From NCBI RefSeq assembly GCF_004765795.1, contig NZ_SBIV01000005.1:248001-310881 (forward strand): a stretch of 62,881 bases of DNA, in the 5' to 3' direction. The notes under the pieces were generated by a model, which saw nothing but the letters and a program-made list of their open reading frames with translations, searched no databases and had not been told where the DNA came from. A program made the translations under genes and the position numbers. The stretch is from Halorussus marinus (GTDB lineage: Archaea; Halobacteriota; Halobacteria; Halobacteriales; Haladaptataceae). Shown piece by piece: positions 1 to 9,777 of the stretch. How positions within the stretch are numbered: the stretch's first letter is position 1; every line of letters begins with the position of its first letter.

Positions 1-333
1 CACGGCGGCCCGAAGGAGACCGCGATGATGATGCACATCGACCCCGACCTCGTGCGCGAGGAGAAACTGACCGACGCCCGCGACGGCGGGGCCGCCGACT
101 GGCCCGACTCCGAGACGTACGTCCACGGCGCGCGCAACTTCTACGACTCGATCGACAACACCGACAACGGCGTGCTCGGCGACCAGACCGACGCCACTCC
201 CGAGAAGGGCGAGCGCCTCTTCGAGGCCGCCAGCGACCAGTTGGCCCAGTTGCTGGCGTGGATCGACGACCGGCAGTTCGAGGACCTGATGGCCAAGCCC
301 CACGTCGACCCCCAGCCCGGGAGCCGGCGGTAG
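1..333 (+). CDS. Creatininase/creatinine amidohydrolase family protein (5'-truncated by window edge)
   Basis: Frame open from base 1: HGGPKETAMMMHIDPDLVR...NGVLGD...ATPEKGERLF matches the creatininase H-[AG]-G-x-x-E-T and GVxGD/AtxEkG motifs. Confidence 0.8.
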   Translation, partial: HGGPKETAMMMHIDPDLVREEKLTDARDGGAADWPDSETYVHGARNFYDSIDNTDNGVLGDQTDATPEKGERLFEAASDQLAQLLAWIDDRQFEDLMAKPHVDPQPGSRR

Positions 334-383
334 CGCCGGCCTCGGCCCCAACGCATACCCTCTCCGCCGTCGATCGGGTGGGC

Positions 384-635
384 ATGAGCCACGATCCGAA
401 CCGCGACCGCGCCGGCGCCGCCGACCGACGGCGCGACGACGAGTTCGACGGGGGCGTGTACGGCGAGGCGGGAACCGCCGACGCCGACGAGAGCTGGTGG
501 GAACGAGAGCTGGCCTCGCTGGCGCTCGTCGTCGGTCTCGTCCTCTTTCTGTTCCCCGAGCCCGCCACCTCGGCGATCGGCATCTTCCTGATGGGCGCGG
601 GCGTCGTGGCGTGGCTGGTCGAGTGGGCGCGGTGA
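384..635 (+). CDS. Small membrane protein (acidic N-terminus, two TM helices around FPEPATS)
   Basis: ATG at 384 in ORF 258..635; LALVVGLVLFLFPEPATSAIGIFLMGAGVVAWLV helical hairpin typical of small haloarchaeal membrane proteins. Confidence 0.7.
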   Translation: MSHDPNRDRAGAADRRRDDEFDGGVYGEAGTADADESWWERELASLALVVGLVLFLFPEPATSAIGIFLMGAGVVAWLVEWAR

Positions 636-700
636 GCAAGACGGACGAATCGCACGCCTAGGCGGGCCACACAGCGGGGCTCCGATACCGGCCCAACGGC

Positions 701-1558
701 TCACTCGAACCAGAGGTCGCCGAAGGAGTCGAAGACGGGCGCGTCGGTGTCGACGCGCTCGTAGCGCGCCCGGCGGTCTCGGGCGACCTCCTCGACGGCG
801 TCGGCGTGGTCGTCGAATCGTTCCCGGTAGCCGCGCTCGAACCGCTCCCCGACGTACGCACGGAGAGACTCCTCGGACTCGAGTGCCTCGAACAGCGTGT
901 CGCCTGCGGTCGGCAGGTCGCGCTCGCCGGGCGCGACGACGCGGGCGACCACGAGCTGGTTCGACGCGAGCGCTTCCAGCCCCGCCCCGACGGCGTCGGC
1001 GTCCTCAAGGAAGTCGCTGCAGACGACTACCAAAGCCTTCGAGTCGATTGTTGCGGCGTAGTCAGTCAGCGCGGTTTCGAACGCGGCCACGCCGTCGGGA
1101 TCGACCGCGTTGCACTCCTCGACCAGCCCGAGCACCTCACCGCGATTCGAGCGCCCGCGGTCGAGCCGACGAACCGCCGAGTCGAACACCGCGAACCGGA
1201 AGTCGTTGTGCTCGCGAGCGGTGAGATAGGCGAACCCGAGTCCGAGTTTGGCGGCGTACTCGAACTTGTGGGCGTCGCCGTTGCCGAAGTCCATCGACGC
1301 GCTGGCGTCGATCAGGACATGGACGGTGAAGTTGCGCTCGGCCTCGAACTGCTTGACGTAGAGCTCGTCGGTCCGGGCGTAGAGATTCCAGTCGATGAAC
1401 CGGGGCTCGTCGCCGGGCTCGTACCGGCGGTAGTCCGCGAACGTCAGTCCCTCGCCGACCGCCTCGGTCGTGCGCTCGCCGGGGCGTTCGGACCGGGGCC
1501 GCCGGTCTCGTCCCGCCTCGAACCGGTCGAGTTCGGCGAGAAACTCCGGTGTGATCAT
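701..1558 (-). CDS. DUF58 family protein with vWA-like MIDAS motif (MoxR partner)
   Basis: GEGLTFADYRRYEPGDEPRFIDWNLYART DUF58 signature; IDASASM and VVCSDF vWA motifs; overlaps moxR stop. Confidence 0.9.
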   Translation of the reverse strand: MITPEFLAELDRFEAGRDRRPRSERPGERTTEAVGEGLTFADYRRYEPGDEPRFIDWNLYARTDELYVKQFEAERNFTVHVLIDASASMDFGNGDAHKFEYAAKLGLGFAYLTAREHNDFRFAVFDSAVRRLDRGRSNRGEVLGLVEECNAVDPDGVAAFETALTDYAATIDSKALVVVCSDFLEDADAVGAGLEALASNQLVVARVVAPGERDLPTAGDTLFEALESEESLRAYVGERFERGYRERFDDHADAVEEVARDRRARYERVDTDAPVFDSFGDLWFE

Positions 1559-2508
1559 CTCTCTGTGACGAGTCGCTCGATCACGTCGTCGGGAGTCGCT
1601 CCCTCGCGCTCGGCCCGGAAGTCGACCACGATCCGGTGGCGCAACACCGGCTTCGCCATCGCGGTCACGTCGGCGGCGTCGACGTGAGTCCGACCCTCCA
1701 TGAGCGCCCGAGCCTTCGCCGCTCGCACCAGTGACATGCTCGCGCGCGGGCTGGCGCCGTATTCGAGATCCTCGTGAGCCCGGGTCGCTCGAACGAGGCC
1801 GACAGCCAGATCCCGAACGTCGTCCGCGATCGGGACCCTATGGGTGAGCCGCTGCATCCGGCGGAGCTCGCGGGCCGAGACCTGCTCGTCGACCGAGACC
1901 GAGGCGTCGACGTCGCCGGTGTACCGGTCGACGATCTCGCGCTCGGCGTCGGCCGACGGGTAGTCGACGACGACTTTCAGAAGAAAGCGATCCGACTGGG
2001 CCTCCGGGAGCGGGTAGGTCCCCTCCTGGTCGATCGGGTTCTGGGTCGCGAGCACGAAGAACGGCTCGGGCAGGTCGTATGTCTCGTTGCCGGCGGTCAC
2101 CTGTCCCTCCTCCATAGCTTCGAGTAGAGCCGACTGGGTCTTCGGGGTCGCGCGGTTGATCTCGTCGGAGAGCACGAGGTTGGCGAACACCGGCCCCTTC
2201 TCGAAGCTGAATCGCCGGCCGGAATCAGTCTCACGGACCATCTCGGTCCCGATAACGTCCGAGGGCATCAGATCGGGGGTGTTCTGGATACGGGAGAACG
2301 AAAGGCCCGTCGCCTCCGCCAGCGTCCGGACCAGCAGGGTCTTGCCGAGCCCGGGCGTACTCTCCAACAGGGCGTTGCCGTCACAGAGCATGCAAGCGAG
2401 CACGTCGTCGACCACCCGCTCCTGACCGACGATCCGGCGTCGGACCGCCGAGCGAATCGCCTGCACGCGGTTCGTCACGTCGTCGATGGAAGGTGTTCTA
2501 TCAGACAT
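1555..2508 (-). CDS. moxR: MoxR-family AAA+ ATPase
   Basis: ATG at 2508; Walker A STPGLGKT, RIQNTPDLMPSD, Walker B DEINRATPKTQSALLEAMEE, ATQNPIDQEGTYPLPEAQSDRF. Confidence 0.95.
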   Translation of the reverse strand: MSDRTPSIDDVTNRVQAIRSAVRRRIVGQERVVDDVLACMLCDGNALLESTPGLGKTLLVRTLAEATGLSFSRIQNTPDLMPSDVIGTEMVRETDSGRRFSFEKGPVFANLVLSDEINRATPKTQSALLEAMEEGQVTAGNETYDLPEPFFVLATQNPIDQEGTYPLPEAQSDRFLLKVVVDYPSADAEREIVDRYTGDVDASVSVDEQVSARELRRMQRLTHRVPIADDVRDLAVGLVRATRAHEDLEYGASPRASMSLVRAAKARALMEGRTHVDAADVTAMAKPVLRHRIVVDFRAEREGATPDDVIERLVTER

Positions 2509-3367
2509 CGGTATCGTTGCCTCCGAGTTCGCGAGCGTAGCGGCGCACGAGCTCCGCCTCCTCGACGCGCTCGGGCGCGGCGTAGTCGGCGCGTACAGCG
2601 TCGACCGAGCCGGCGTCGGGATCGGCTCCAGCGTCGCGGTCGTAGTCGCGGACCGACTCGCCCTCACCGCCAGGGCTGGAACCGACGGAGGCCGTCAGGT
2701 TCTCCGACCCGGCCTCGACGTCGGTCGGCTCCCCGAGCAGTTCGTCGCCGTCACGGAGCACCGTCGACGACGGGTCGTCGACGGCCGTCCGGTCGGTCAC
2801 CGAGCCGTCACCGACGCCGGTCGCGTCCGACGGCGGACCCGCGAGGTCAAGACCGACGACCGCGGTCTGGACCGACGCGAGGCTGAGCGCGAACGCGACC
2901 GCCACCGCCGCGACGATCCGGGTGCGGTCCAACAGTCTGACACTGGAAGTCTCGGTCAGGGAGTCGAGCACGTCGCCGTACAGCGCCCGTGCCATCGGAT
3001 CGTCCCGGTCGTCGCCGACGGCGTCGCGGGCGGTTCGGAGCGCCGTCGCGACCTCGGGGTTGGCGGTCTCGAAGGCCTCTGCGGCGGGGCGGCGCGCCCG
3101 GATTCCGAACCCCGTGAGGGCGGTGATGAGCCCCGCGACCACCGCAAGCACCGCGCCGACGTCCGGTGCCGGAATCTGGGTCGGCTTGAACGCCGCGGTG
3201 AACACCTCAGCGTCCAGAGTCGGGAGCCCGGCGACGCCGGCGAGCAGGTGGACCCCGAGCGCGACGGTCACGGCTTCGAGGCTCGCGTGGACGAACGCGG
3301 CCTTGTACTGCTCGCGACGGACGGCCGCGAGCGCCCGTCGAACCTCGTCGGGACTCTCTTGGCTCAT
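2501..3367 (-). CDS. Uncharacterised membrane protein (about 3 TM, acidic C-terminal region) in MoxR operon
   Basis: 288-aa ORF with hydrophobic segments, acidic composition, overlapping both neighbours. Confidence 0.8.
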   Translation of the reverse strand: MSQESPDEVRRALAAVRREQYKAAFVHASLEAVTVALGVHLLAGVAGLPTLDAEVFTAAFKPTQIPAPDVGAVLAVVAGLITALTGFGIRARRPAAEAFETANPEVATALRTARDAVGDDRDDPMARALYGDVLDSLTETSSVRLLDRTRIVAAVAVAFALSLASVQTAVVGLDLAGPPSDATGVGDGSVTDRTAVDDPSSTVLRDGDELLGEPTDVEAGSENLTASVGSSPGGEGESVRDYDRDAGADPDAGSVDAVRADYAAPERVEEAELVRRYARELGGNDTDV

Positions 3368-3981
3368 TGGACCTCCGAGTCGCCTTCGAGTGCCGCGATC
3401 CGCTCGCGGAGCCGTTCGATCGTCCGGTTCTTCTTGTCGAGCAGTCGCTTCCGGTCGGCCAGCGTCTCGTTTTTCCGTTCCAGCAACTCCGCCCGACGGT
3501 CGAGGGTCTCGTTGAGTTCGTCACCGAGCTCGCGGGCGCGTTCGAGCTCGGCTTCCAGTTCCGTCTTACGGGCTTCGAGCTCGTCGCGACGGGTTTCGAG
3601 TTCGGCAACCCGCTCGCGCAGCGCTTCGACCCGGTCGTTCGCGCGCCCGAGTTCTCGCTCGGTCTCGTTTAGCTCGCGGCGCGTAGCGTTGAGTTCGCGC
3701 TCGGTCTTCCGGAGCCGGTCGGAGACCGCCGCGACGTCCGAGCGTCGGGTCTGGAGCGACTCGTTGAGCGCCGCGAGCGTCTCGTTGAGCTCCTCGATCC
3801 GGCGGTCGCGGTCGGCGAGCTCCGATTCCAGTCGCTCGCCGCGGTCGGCGAGCGCCTGGTTTTGCGAGCGCAACTCCTCCACGGACTCCTGATAGTACAG
3901 CGTCGTGCCGACGAGGCCGATCCCCGACAGTCCGACGAACAGGGCCAGCGCGACGTTGATCGTGGTTCCGATCTGGCTCAT
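3364..3981 (-). CDS. Membrane-anchored long coiled-coil protein
   Basis: ATG at 3981 overlapping upstream stop (ATGA); N-terminal TM INVALALFVGLSGIGLVGTTLYY then about 170 aa of heptad-rich E/R/L sequence. Confidence 0.8.
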   Translation of the reverse strand: MSQIGTTINVALALFVGLSGIGLVGTTLYYQESVEELRSQNQALADRGERLESELADRDRRIEELNETLAALNESLQTRRSDVAAVSDRLRKTERELNATRRELNETERELGRANDRVEALRERVAELETRRDELEARKTELEAELERARELGDELNETLDRRAELLERKNETLADRKRLLDKKNRTIERLRERIAALEGDSEVQ

Positions 3982-6314
3982 GGTATCACTCCCTGACCGC
4001 GGTGGCGACGGAGCCGCCGGGCACAGACCTCGGCGACGTAGACGACCAGCGCCGCGAAGACGAACGCCCAGTCCCACGGCCGCTGGATTTCCCGGCGATG
4101 GGTCGTCTGGCGCGCGACCGCCGACGCGACGGCGGCTGGCTGGTCGGGTTGGAACGTCCGGCCGCCCGTTCGTTCGACCGCCCGTTCCAGTTCCGGAGAA
4201 ACACCGAGGGCGGTGTACTCCGCGCGGTAGTCGACCGCGTACGAACTGCCGAGCACCTCCCGGAAGCCCGGCTCGGTGGGGACCGTCCGGGCCTCGTACC
4301 GTGCGTCGCCGACCGCCGAGAACGACAAACCGTCGACGGTGGGCCGGCGCTCGCCCGCGTAGACGATCGTGGTGGGCTCGCCGACTCGGGTGTCGGGCGC
4401 CGCCACGATCCCGGTCTCTTTCCGGCGGGGATCTCCGATCGCCCAGTTCACCGACTGCGAGATCAACCGCGAGTCCGGGCGAGTCAGGAGGTCCCCGAGT
4501 CCCCCATCAGCGCCGTAGGCGGTGATCGTGGCGACTCGTCCGAGGCCAAACCGCCACGTCGCGAGCGCGGGCGCGCCGGATCCGGTGGCGACCAGCAGGT
4601 CGGCGCCGGACTTGACGCCGACGTCGTTGGCACCCGGAAGCGAGGCCGCGAGGTCGATCCCGCGGGTGACGAAGTGACCGTCGTCGACGACGACCGCGCC
4701 GTCGCCGCTGTACTGGCGATCGGGGCCGCCAAACCGGACCCGGAGCCGGTCGGTCTCGTCGGCCGGAAGGTACGACCCGCCGGTCCGCTCGGCGATTCCC
4801 CGGAGCACCTCGGCGTTCAGGCTCCCGACCCCGACCGTCACGACCCGAACGTCGCGCTCGGCGAGGCGGTCGGCCGCGGCGAGCGACGACTGAGGGTCGT
4901 CCCGGCCGTCGCTGAGCAGGACCACGGTGCCGCCCCCCTCGCCCAGCGTCTCAGCCGCCCCGAGCAGACCGGCCGAGAGGTCGGTGCCGCCGCCACTTTC
5001 GAGGCGCCGGATTTTGGTCTTCAGGTCACCCCGCGAGTCGCCGAGCGCCGCGAGGTCGGCCACCCGGTAGGCGTTTTCGTTGAACCCGACTAGCCCGACC
5101 CGGTTGCGGTCCCCGAGCTGGGCGAGCACGTCGAGCGCCAGTGCCTTCTGGACGGACATCCCGGACTCGGCGCTCCCCGAGACGTCGACCGCGAGCGCGA
5201 CGTTCGACTTCCGGCCGGTCGAGCCGCCGACCCGCACCGGGAGCAGCGACGAGAGCCGAGAGTTCTCGTAGCCCCCCTTCTCGAAGGCGTTCTCGCCGCC
5301 GGCGACCACCAGACCGCCGCCGTCGATGACGTGGTCCTGGAGCGCACTGACCGCCCCGAGATCGTCGGCCGCCACGTCCTGAACGACGACTGCGTAGTAG
5401 TCGTCGAGATCCTCTGGCACCGATTCAGCGCGAGTCACGTCGTACAGCTCCCGAAGCGACGATTCGAGAGCGTAGTCCCCGCGAGCAACGTAGAGCACCT
5501 CCGGCTGTTCGACCGCCCGGACGGTCCGGCGAGAGACGTCGTTGACCGCGAACGCGTCCTCCCCCGAGAGCTGGGCGGTCACCCGGTGGGGGCCGACCGA
5601 CGAGAAGGTGTGCGAGACCGCGACCGTCCCGTCGTCGGGGACCGCCCGACTCGCGACCGTCGAGCCGTCGACGGTCACTGTCACCTCGACGCCGTCGGGC
5701 ACCGATTCGACGCCCGCGACCCGGACGCCGAACTCGGTTTCGACCCCGACGCTCGCCTTCGCGGGTCCCGAAACCGAGATTCTGGCGTCGCTCCGGGCGG
5801 ACGAGAGCGAGACCCGGTTGACAGTCGCGTTCAGTGACCGGGCGAGGTCGGCCGCCCGGCCGATCGACGCGCCGCCGGTCACCTGCCCGTCCGAGACAAC
5901 GAGGACGCTTCCGTTCGATCGGAGGTTGGCGAGCAGTCCGTCGCCGAGCCGCGATCGGTTCCCGGCGCCGACCGCCACCCGCTCGACAGCGACGCCTTCC
6001 GCTTCGATACCGGCCGCGAGGTCGTCGGCGACCGACTCGTAGACCTCCATGCTGATCGACTCGTCCTCGATCAGCGTGACCCGCGGGTCGCTTGGCGTGC
6101 GCGCGGTCGTGACCGCCACCGGTCCGGCGGCGGCGACCACGAGGCACGCGACGACCGCGAACCGGGTCGCAAACAGGACGGCGCGAGCGCGCCGGCCGGC
6201 GTCGCCGTCTCGCCGGTGAAAGATCAGGATCCAGAGGGCGGCCACCGCGATCGGCAGCCCCGCCAGGACGGCGGGACGGGCAAACGAGACCGATGCGTCG
6301 GTTCCTGGAAGCAT
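3978..6314 (-). CDS. Membrane-anchored double-vWA protein with Ig-like and glutamine-amidotransferase-like segments
   Basis: N-terminal double TM; MIDAS motifs DESISM/SDG and DVSGS/GGGTD/SDG; GGGLVVAGGENAF..GGY..LLPV GATase-like stretch; C-terminal TM. Confidence 0.85.
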   Translation of the reverse strand: MLPGTDASVSFARPAVLAGLPIAVAALWILIFHRRDGDAGRRARAVLFATRFAVVACLVVAAAGPVAVTTARTPSDPRVTLIEDESISMEVYESVADDLAAGIEAEGVAVERVAVGAGNRSRLGDGLLANLRSNGSVLVVSDGQVTGGASIGRAADLARSLNATVNRVSLSSARSDARISVSGPAKASVGVETEFGVRVAGVESVPDGVEVTVTVDGSTVASRAVPDDGTVAVSHTFSSVGPHRVTAQLSGEDAFAVNDVSRRTVRAVEQPEVLYVARGDYALESSLRELYDVTRAESVPEDLDDYYAVVVQDVAADDLGAVSALQDHVIDGGGLVVAGGENAFEKGGYENSRLSSLLPVRVGGSTGRKSNVALAVDVSGSAESGMSVQKALALDVLAQLGDRNRVGLVGFNENAYRVADLAALGDSRGDLKTKIRRLESGGGTDLSAGLLGAAETLGEGGGTVVLLSDGRDDPQSSLAAADRLAERDVRVVTVGVGSLNAEVLRGIAERTGGSYLPADETDRLRVRFGGPDRQYSGDGAVVVDDGHFVTRGIDLAASLPGANDVGVKSGADLLVATGSGAPALATWRFGLGRVATITAYGADGGLGDLLTRPDSRLISQSVNWAIGDPRRKETGIVAAPDTRVGEPTTIVYAGERRPTVDGLSFSAVGDARYEARTVPTEPGFREVLGSSYAVDYRAEYTALGVSPELERAVERTGGRTFQPDQPAAVASAVARQTTHRREIQRPWDWAFVFAALVVYVAEVCARRLRRHRGQGVIP

Positions 6315-8119
6315 CACAGATCACCTCGATAGCGTAGGAACGCGAGCTCGGCGAGCGCCGCCAGCGCGGCGATTCCGGCCGCGACCGGCGTGAGTTCGAG
6401 CGGTACGGTCCGGGACTCGGTTTCCGTACCCGCGCCCGGCGAGCCGCCCGAAACCGGCGGCGCACTCACATTCGACTCCGCGCGGCTCGCCAGCGATGCG
6501 GCGTAGCGCTCCCCGCCGGCCGCGTAGACGCCGACCCGCCGGAGCGTGACCGACTCGGCCTCGATCGTTCCGGTGGGCGTCCCGACGGTCGTCACCGATT
6601 CGAACTGGAGCCTGTCGCCGGTTTCGCGGTTCAGGTCGGCGAGGGGCCGTCGGCCGGTGAGATCGAAGAGCGCGCGCTTCCAGAACACCGGATACCGGTA
6701 GTTGTGCGCGAACGCCGAGCCGTTTGCGGGATAGCCGTAGTAGAGCACCCGTCCGCCGTCGATACTCGCGGTTGCGAGCAGCGGCGTACCGTTAGCCGTC
6801 CGGAGGAGCGCCCGCCCGGCCCGGAGGTCGGCCGTCACGTACGATTCGGGGGCAGGGAACGTCACGCCCTCGGTGAGGCGACTCTCGGCGGCCCGACCGA
6901 CCGCGGGGTCGGTCGCGGTTCCATTCGGTTCGATCGGGAGCAGATCGCCGTAACCGACGGCCGAGAGGTTCGGCTGAGCCTGTATTACGACGCCGCCGCC
7001 CCGCGAGAGCGTCTCGCGAGCGACCCGGAGCGTGCCGTCGAGGAGCCGGCCCGGTTCGACCACGCTGAACACCACCGCGTCGTACTCGCCCGACACCGAT
7101 GCCGGCGGGCGCGTGACCGTCACGTCGGTGCCACGGATCACCGAGAGCGCGGCCACCAGCGGACGGCGCTCGCGGTTGGTCACGACCAGTACGTCGATCT
7201 CGGGATCGTCTGGCGCCGCGATCGGAACCGAGTCGTCGAGCGCGAAGTCGTCACTCGGCGCGAGCCGGAGTCGTCCGCCGCCCACCGGAACCGGGAGCGC
7301 GATCTCGGCCGCGTCACCGGGCGCGAGGGTCAGCGAGCGCGAGGCGTCGCCGAGTTCGATGCGGCGCTCGGTCCGCGAGTCGCCGAAGTTCCGGATTCGC
7401 ACCGACATCGCCCCGTCGGCAAACGACCGGTCGACGACACCGACGTTGGTCGACCCGCCGCCGTCGAACTGGCGGAGGTCGACCGAGTAACCCCGAGCGC
7501 GGGCCGCCGACACCGCGGTCCGCCAGCCCGCGTCGGCGAAGTCGCTCACGACCACGATGCGGGCGTCCTCGCCCGCGACCGCGACCGCGCGTTCGATCGC
7601 TTCCGAGAGGTCGCCGGGCGCGCCCGTGACGGCGAGGTCGCCAAGCGCTTCTCGAGCCGCTGTGGCGGGCGCCCGCCGGACGGTGATCTCGGTCGCGGCC
7701 CCCGAGAGGACTACTGAGGTCTCCGCCGAGACGTCGTCTCTCGCGGCGTCGACCGCCCGGTCGAATCTGGTCGCGCCCTCGGACTGGGTCGCCATGCTCG
7801 CGCTCCGGTCGACGACGAGGACGGTCTCTTCGACGGTCCGTTGCTCCGAGACCGGGACGTACGGCGCCGCGAGCGTCACCGCGAGCGCGCCGATCGCGAA
7901 CAGTTGAATGACTAGCACCGCGTTGCGACGGAAGCGGCGGAACGCCGGCCGCGACCGCCGCTCCTCGCGGTCGCCCAGCAGGAATTCGACGGCGGGAAAC
8001 GCGACTCTGGTGGGGTCGGGCTTGCGGAGATACAAGAGCAAGAGGGGAACAGCGGCGGCCAGCGCGGCGAGGCCAAGCGGCCGCAAGAACGCCGACGAGA
8101 GCATGCCGCCGAGGCTCAT
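6314..8119 (-). CDS. BatA-type N-terminal double-TM plus vWA domain protein
   Basis: ATG at 8119; FLRPLGLAALAAAVPLLLLYL...FPAVEFL...LAAP BatA pattern; VVDRSASM...RFDRA...VVSDF vWA; C-terminal TM. Confidence 0.85.
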   Translation of the reverse strand: MSLGGMLSSAFLRPLGLAALAAAVPLLLLYLRKPDPTRVAFPAVEFLLGDREERRSRPAFRRFRRNAVLVIQLFAIGALAVTLAAPYVPVSEQRTVEETVLVVDRSASMATQSEGATRFDRAVDAARDDVSAETSVVLSGAATEITVRRAPATAAREALGDLAVTGAPGDLSEAIERAVAVAGEDARIVVVSDFADAGWRTAVSAARARGYSVDLRQFDGGGSTNVGVVDRSFADGAMSVRIRNFGDSRTERRIELGDASRSLTLAPGDAAEIALPVPVGGGRLRLAPSDDFALDDSVPIAAPDDPEIDVLVVTNRERRPLVAALSVIRGTDVTVTRPPASVSGEYDAVVFSVVEPGRLLDGTLRVARETLSRGGGVVIQAQPNLSAVGYGDLLPIEPNGTATDPAVGRAAESRLTEGVTFPAPESYVTADLRAGRALLRTANGTPLLATASIDGGRVLYYGYPANGSAFAHNYRYPVFWKRALFDLTGRRPLADLNRETGDRLQFESVTTVGTPTGTIEAESVTLRRVGVYAAGGERYAASLASRAESNVSAPPVSGGSPGAGTETESRTVPLELTPVAAGIAALAALAELAFLRYRGDL

Positions 8120-8321
8120 CGCGCCAGGATCCCCTCCGAACTGGCGTCGATCGAGGGCGTGAGATCGGGATGGCCGGACGGTCTGGAGGGCGTGTGAGAC
8201 ATCTTTGAGGCGGTCGCCCGCAGCGGAGGAACGGCGGGGACCGTTCATCACGCCGTTGCGCCGAGTACCCCAAATATCTTATTGTGCCGAACTGCTCGGA
8301 CATCTGTCTCGTTTCCGAGCG

Positions 8322-8990
8322 TCACGCCCGCTTGTAGCTGACCGTCAGTCCCTGTCCGAGCGGGACCGCCGCGGTCTCGAAGTCGTCGCTGTCCCGCACC
8401 TCGAGGAGGTAGTCGGCGACCCCGCGGGTATCGGCGTCGAGGGCCGCTTGGTCGGCGCCTTCGACGGCGTCGAGGATCGCCTCGAAGTCCTGCGCGCCGC
8501 TCTCCATCGCGTTGTCGGCGATCACCACGCCGCCGTCGGCGACTTTCTCCCGGACCGCGTCGAGGGCGTCGGGGTAGCCGCTCTTGTGGCAGTCGATCAG
8601 CACCACGTCGAACGGGCCGTCGTAGCGCTCGACGGTGTCGAGGGCGTCGCCCGACTCGAAGGCCGCGCGGTCGGCGTAGCCGCCGCGTTCGAGGTACTCG
8701 CGGGCCGATTCGAGCTCGTCGTCGTCGTGTTCGGTCAGCACGATCTCGCCGTCGGCGGGCAGGGCCTCGGCGAACCAGTACGCCGAGTAGCCGAACCCCG
8801 AGCCGAACTCGAAGATCCGTCGGGCGTCGACCATCTGGGCCGCGAGCCGGAGGAACGCGCCCACCTCCGGTCCCACGGTCGGGAAGCCGATCTCGTCGCC
8901 GTGGGCCGCCATCTCGGCGAGGGTCTCGTCGCGGTCGCCGACCATCGCGGTCACGAACCGCTCGGTCTCGTCGGGCAGTAGCTCGAACAT
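8322..8990 (-). CDS. Class I SAM-dependent O-methyltransferase
   Basis: ATG at 8990; ARRIFEFGSGFGYSAYW, FDVVLIDCHK, GGVVIADN motifs. Confidence 0.9.
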   Translation of the reverse strand: MFELLPDETERFVTAMVGDRDETLAEMAAHGDEIGFPTVGPEVGAFLRLAAQMVDARRIFEFGSGFGYSAYWFAEALPADGEIVLTEHDDDELESAREYLERGGYADRAAFESGDALDTVERYDGPFDVVLIDCHKSGYPDALDAVREKVADGGVVIADNAMESGAQDFEAILDAVEGADQAALDADTRGVADYLLEVRDSDDFETAAVPLGQGLTVSYKRA

Positions 8991-9052
8991 GGCGAATCGA
9001 ACGCACGAGAGGCAGTTAACCGTTGGCGTCGGGGCGGACTCGTCCGAGCCGG

Positions 9053-9664
9053 CTACGGCCGGACCGCCGACCGATCGGCGGCCGTGGTCTCGGTGGCGTC
9101 GGCCTCGACGGTGACGAACGCGATGGCGCTCACCGGGAGATCGTTCTGGGTGTACGGAGCGTCGGTGACGTTGGTCACCGAGACGTCTCCGCCCTCCTCG
9201 ATCGTGGTGGCGGCCTCCTGGGCGGCGCTCGTGTTGAAGTCGAACGTCTCGTTTTCGTTGGTGTCCATGTGCGGGACCGCGACGACGACCTGCGAGCCGT
9301 TCAGCGGCTCGGAGAGGTCGACCGTCACGTTCTGGCTCGTCCCGGGATCGAGGTACGAGGAGTTGCCCAGCACGGTGCCCCCCTGCGAGTAGAGCACGAC
9401 GAATCCGCCCGAAGAGAGGTTCGCCTCGTCGACGACTACCGTCGATCCGTTCGAGGTCTGATCGCCGAACGCGACCGACGCGGTCCCGGTGGGAGAATCG
9501 TCGGACGCGTCGGTCGTCGTTCCGGCGGTCGTCGTCTCCTGGGCGAGCGGCGCTCCGTCGTTCGATTCTGCGACGCCGTCGGCCCCGACGGCGAGCCCGG
9601 CCAGCCCGGCCAGCGCGACGAGCAGTGCGACCGCGACGGCGCCGAGCGTCTCGTTTCGTGACAT
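9053..9664 (-). CDS. Secreted/cell-surface glycoprotein (DUF7282-like domain, number recalled)
   Basis: Signal peptide, Thr-rich linker, FGDQTSNGSTVVVDEANLSSGGFVV...LGNSSYL...VAVPHMDTNEN...DAPY; several N-x-S/T sequons. Confidence 0.75.
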   Translation of the reverse strand: MSRNETLGAVAVALLVALAGLAGLAVGADGVAESNDGAPLAQETTTAGTTTDASDDSPTGTASVAFGDQTSNGSTVVVDEANLSSGGFVVLYSQGGTVLGNSSYLDPGTSQNVTVDLSEPLNGSQVVVAVPHMDTNENETFDFNTSAAQEAATTIEEGGDVSVTNVTDAPYTQNDLPVSAIAFVTVEADATETTAADRSAVRP

Positions 9665-9777
9665 TCTCGGCCGGACAGTCGGTGCGACGCCGGATAAACG
9701 AACCAAACCGTTCTGAGCGTTTCACCCGCGTAACGCCCGACAACTGCGGACGTAAGCCCGGCTTATCGGCCCCGTCC

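Noticed and set aside
3364..3900. Quasi-repeats (LNET/LNES/LNAT) suggesting a DNA repeat array or an SMC fragment
   Set aside because: They reflect coiled-coil heptads. There is no ATPase head or hinge and no exact nucleotide periodicity.
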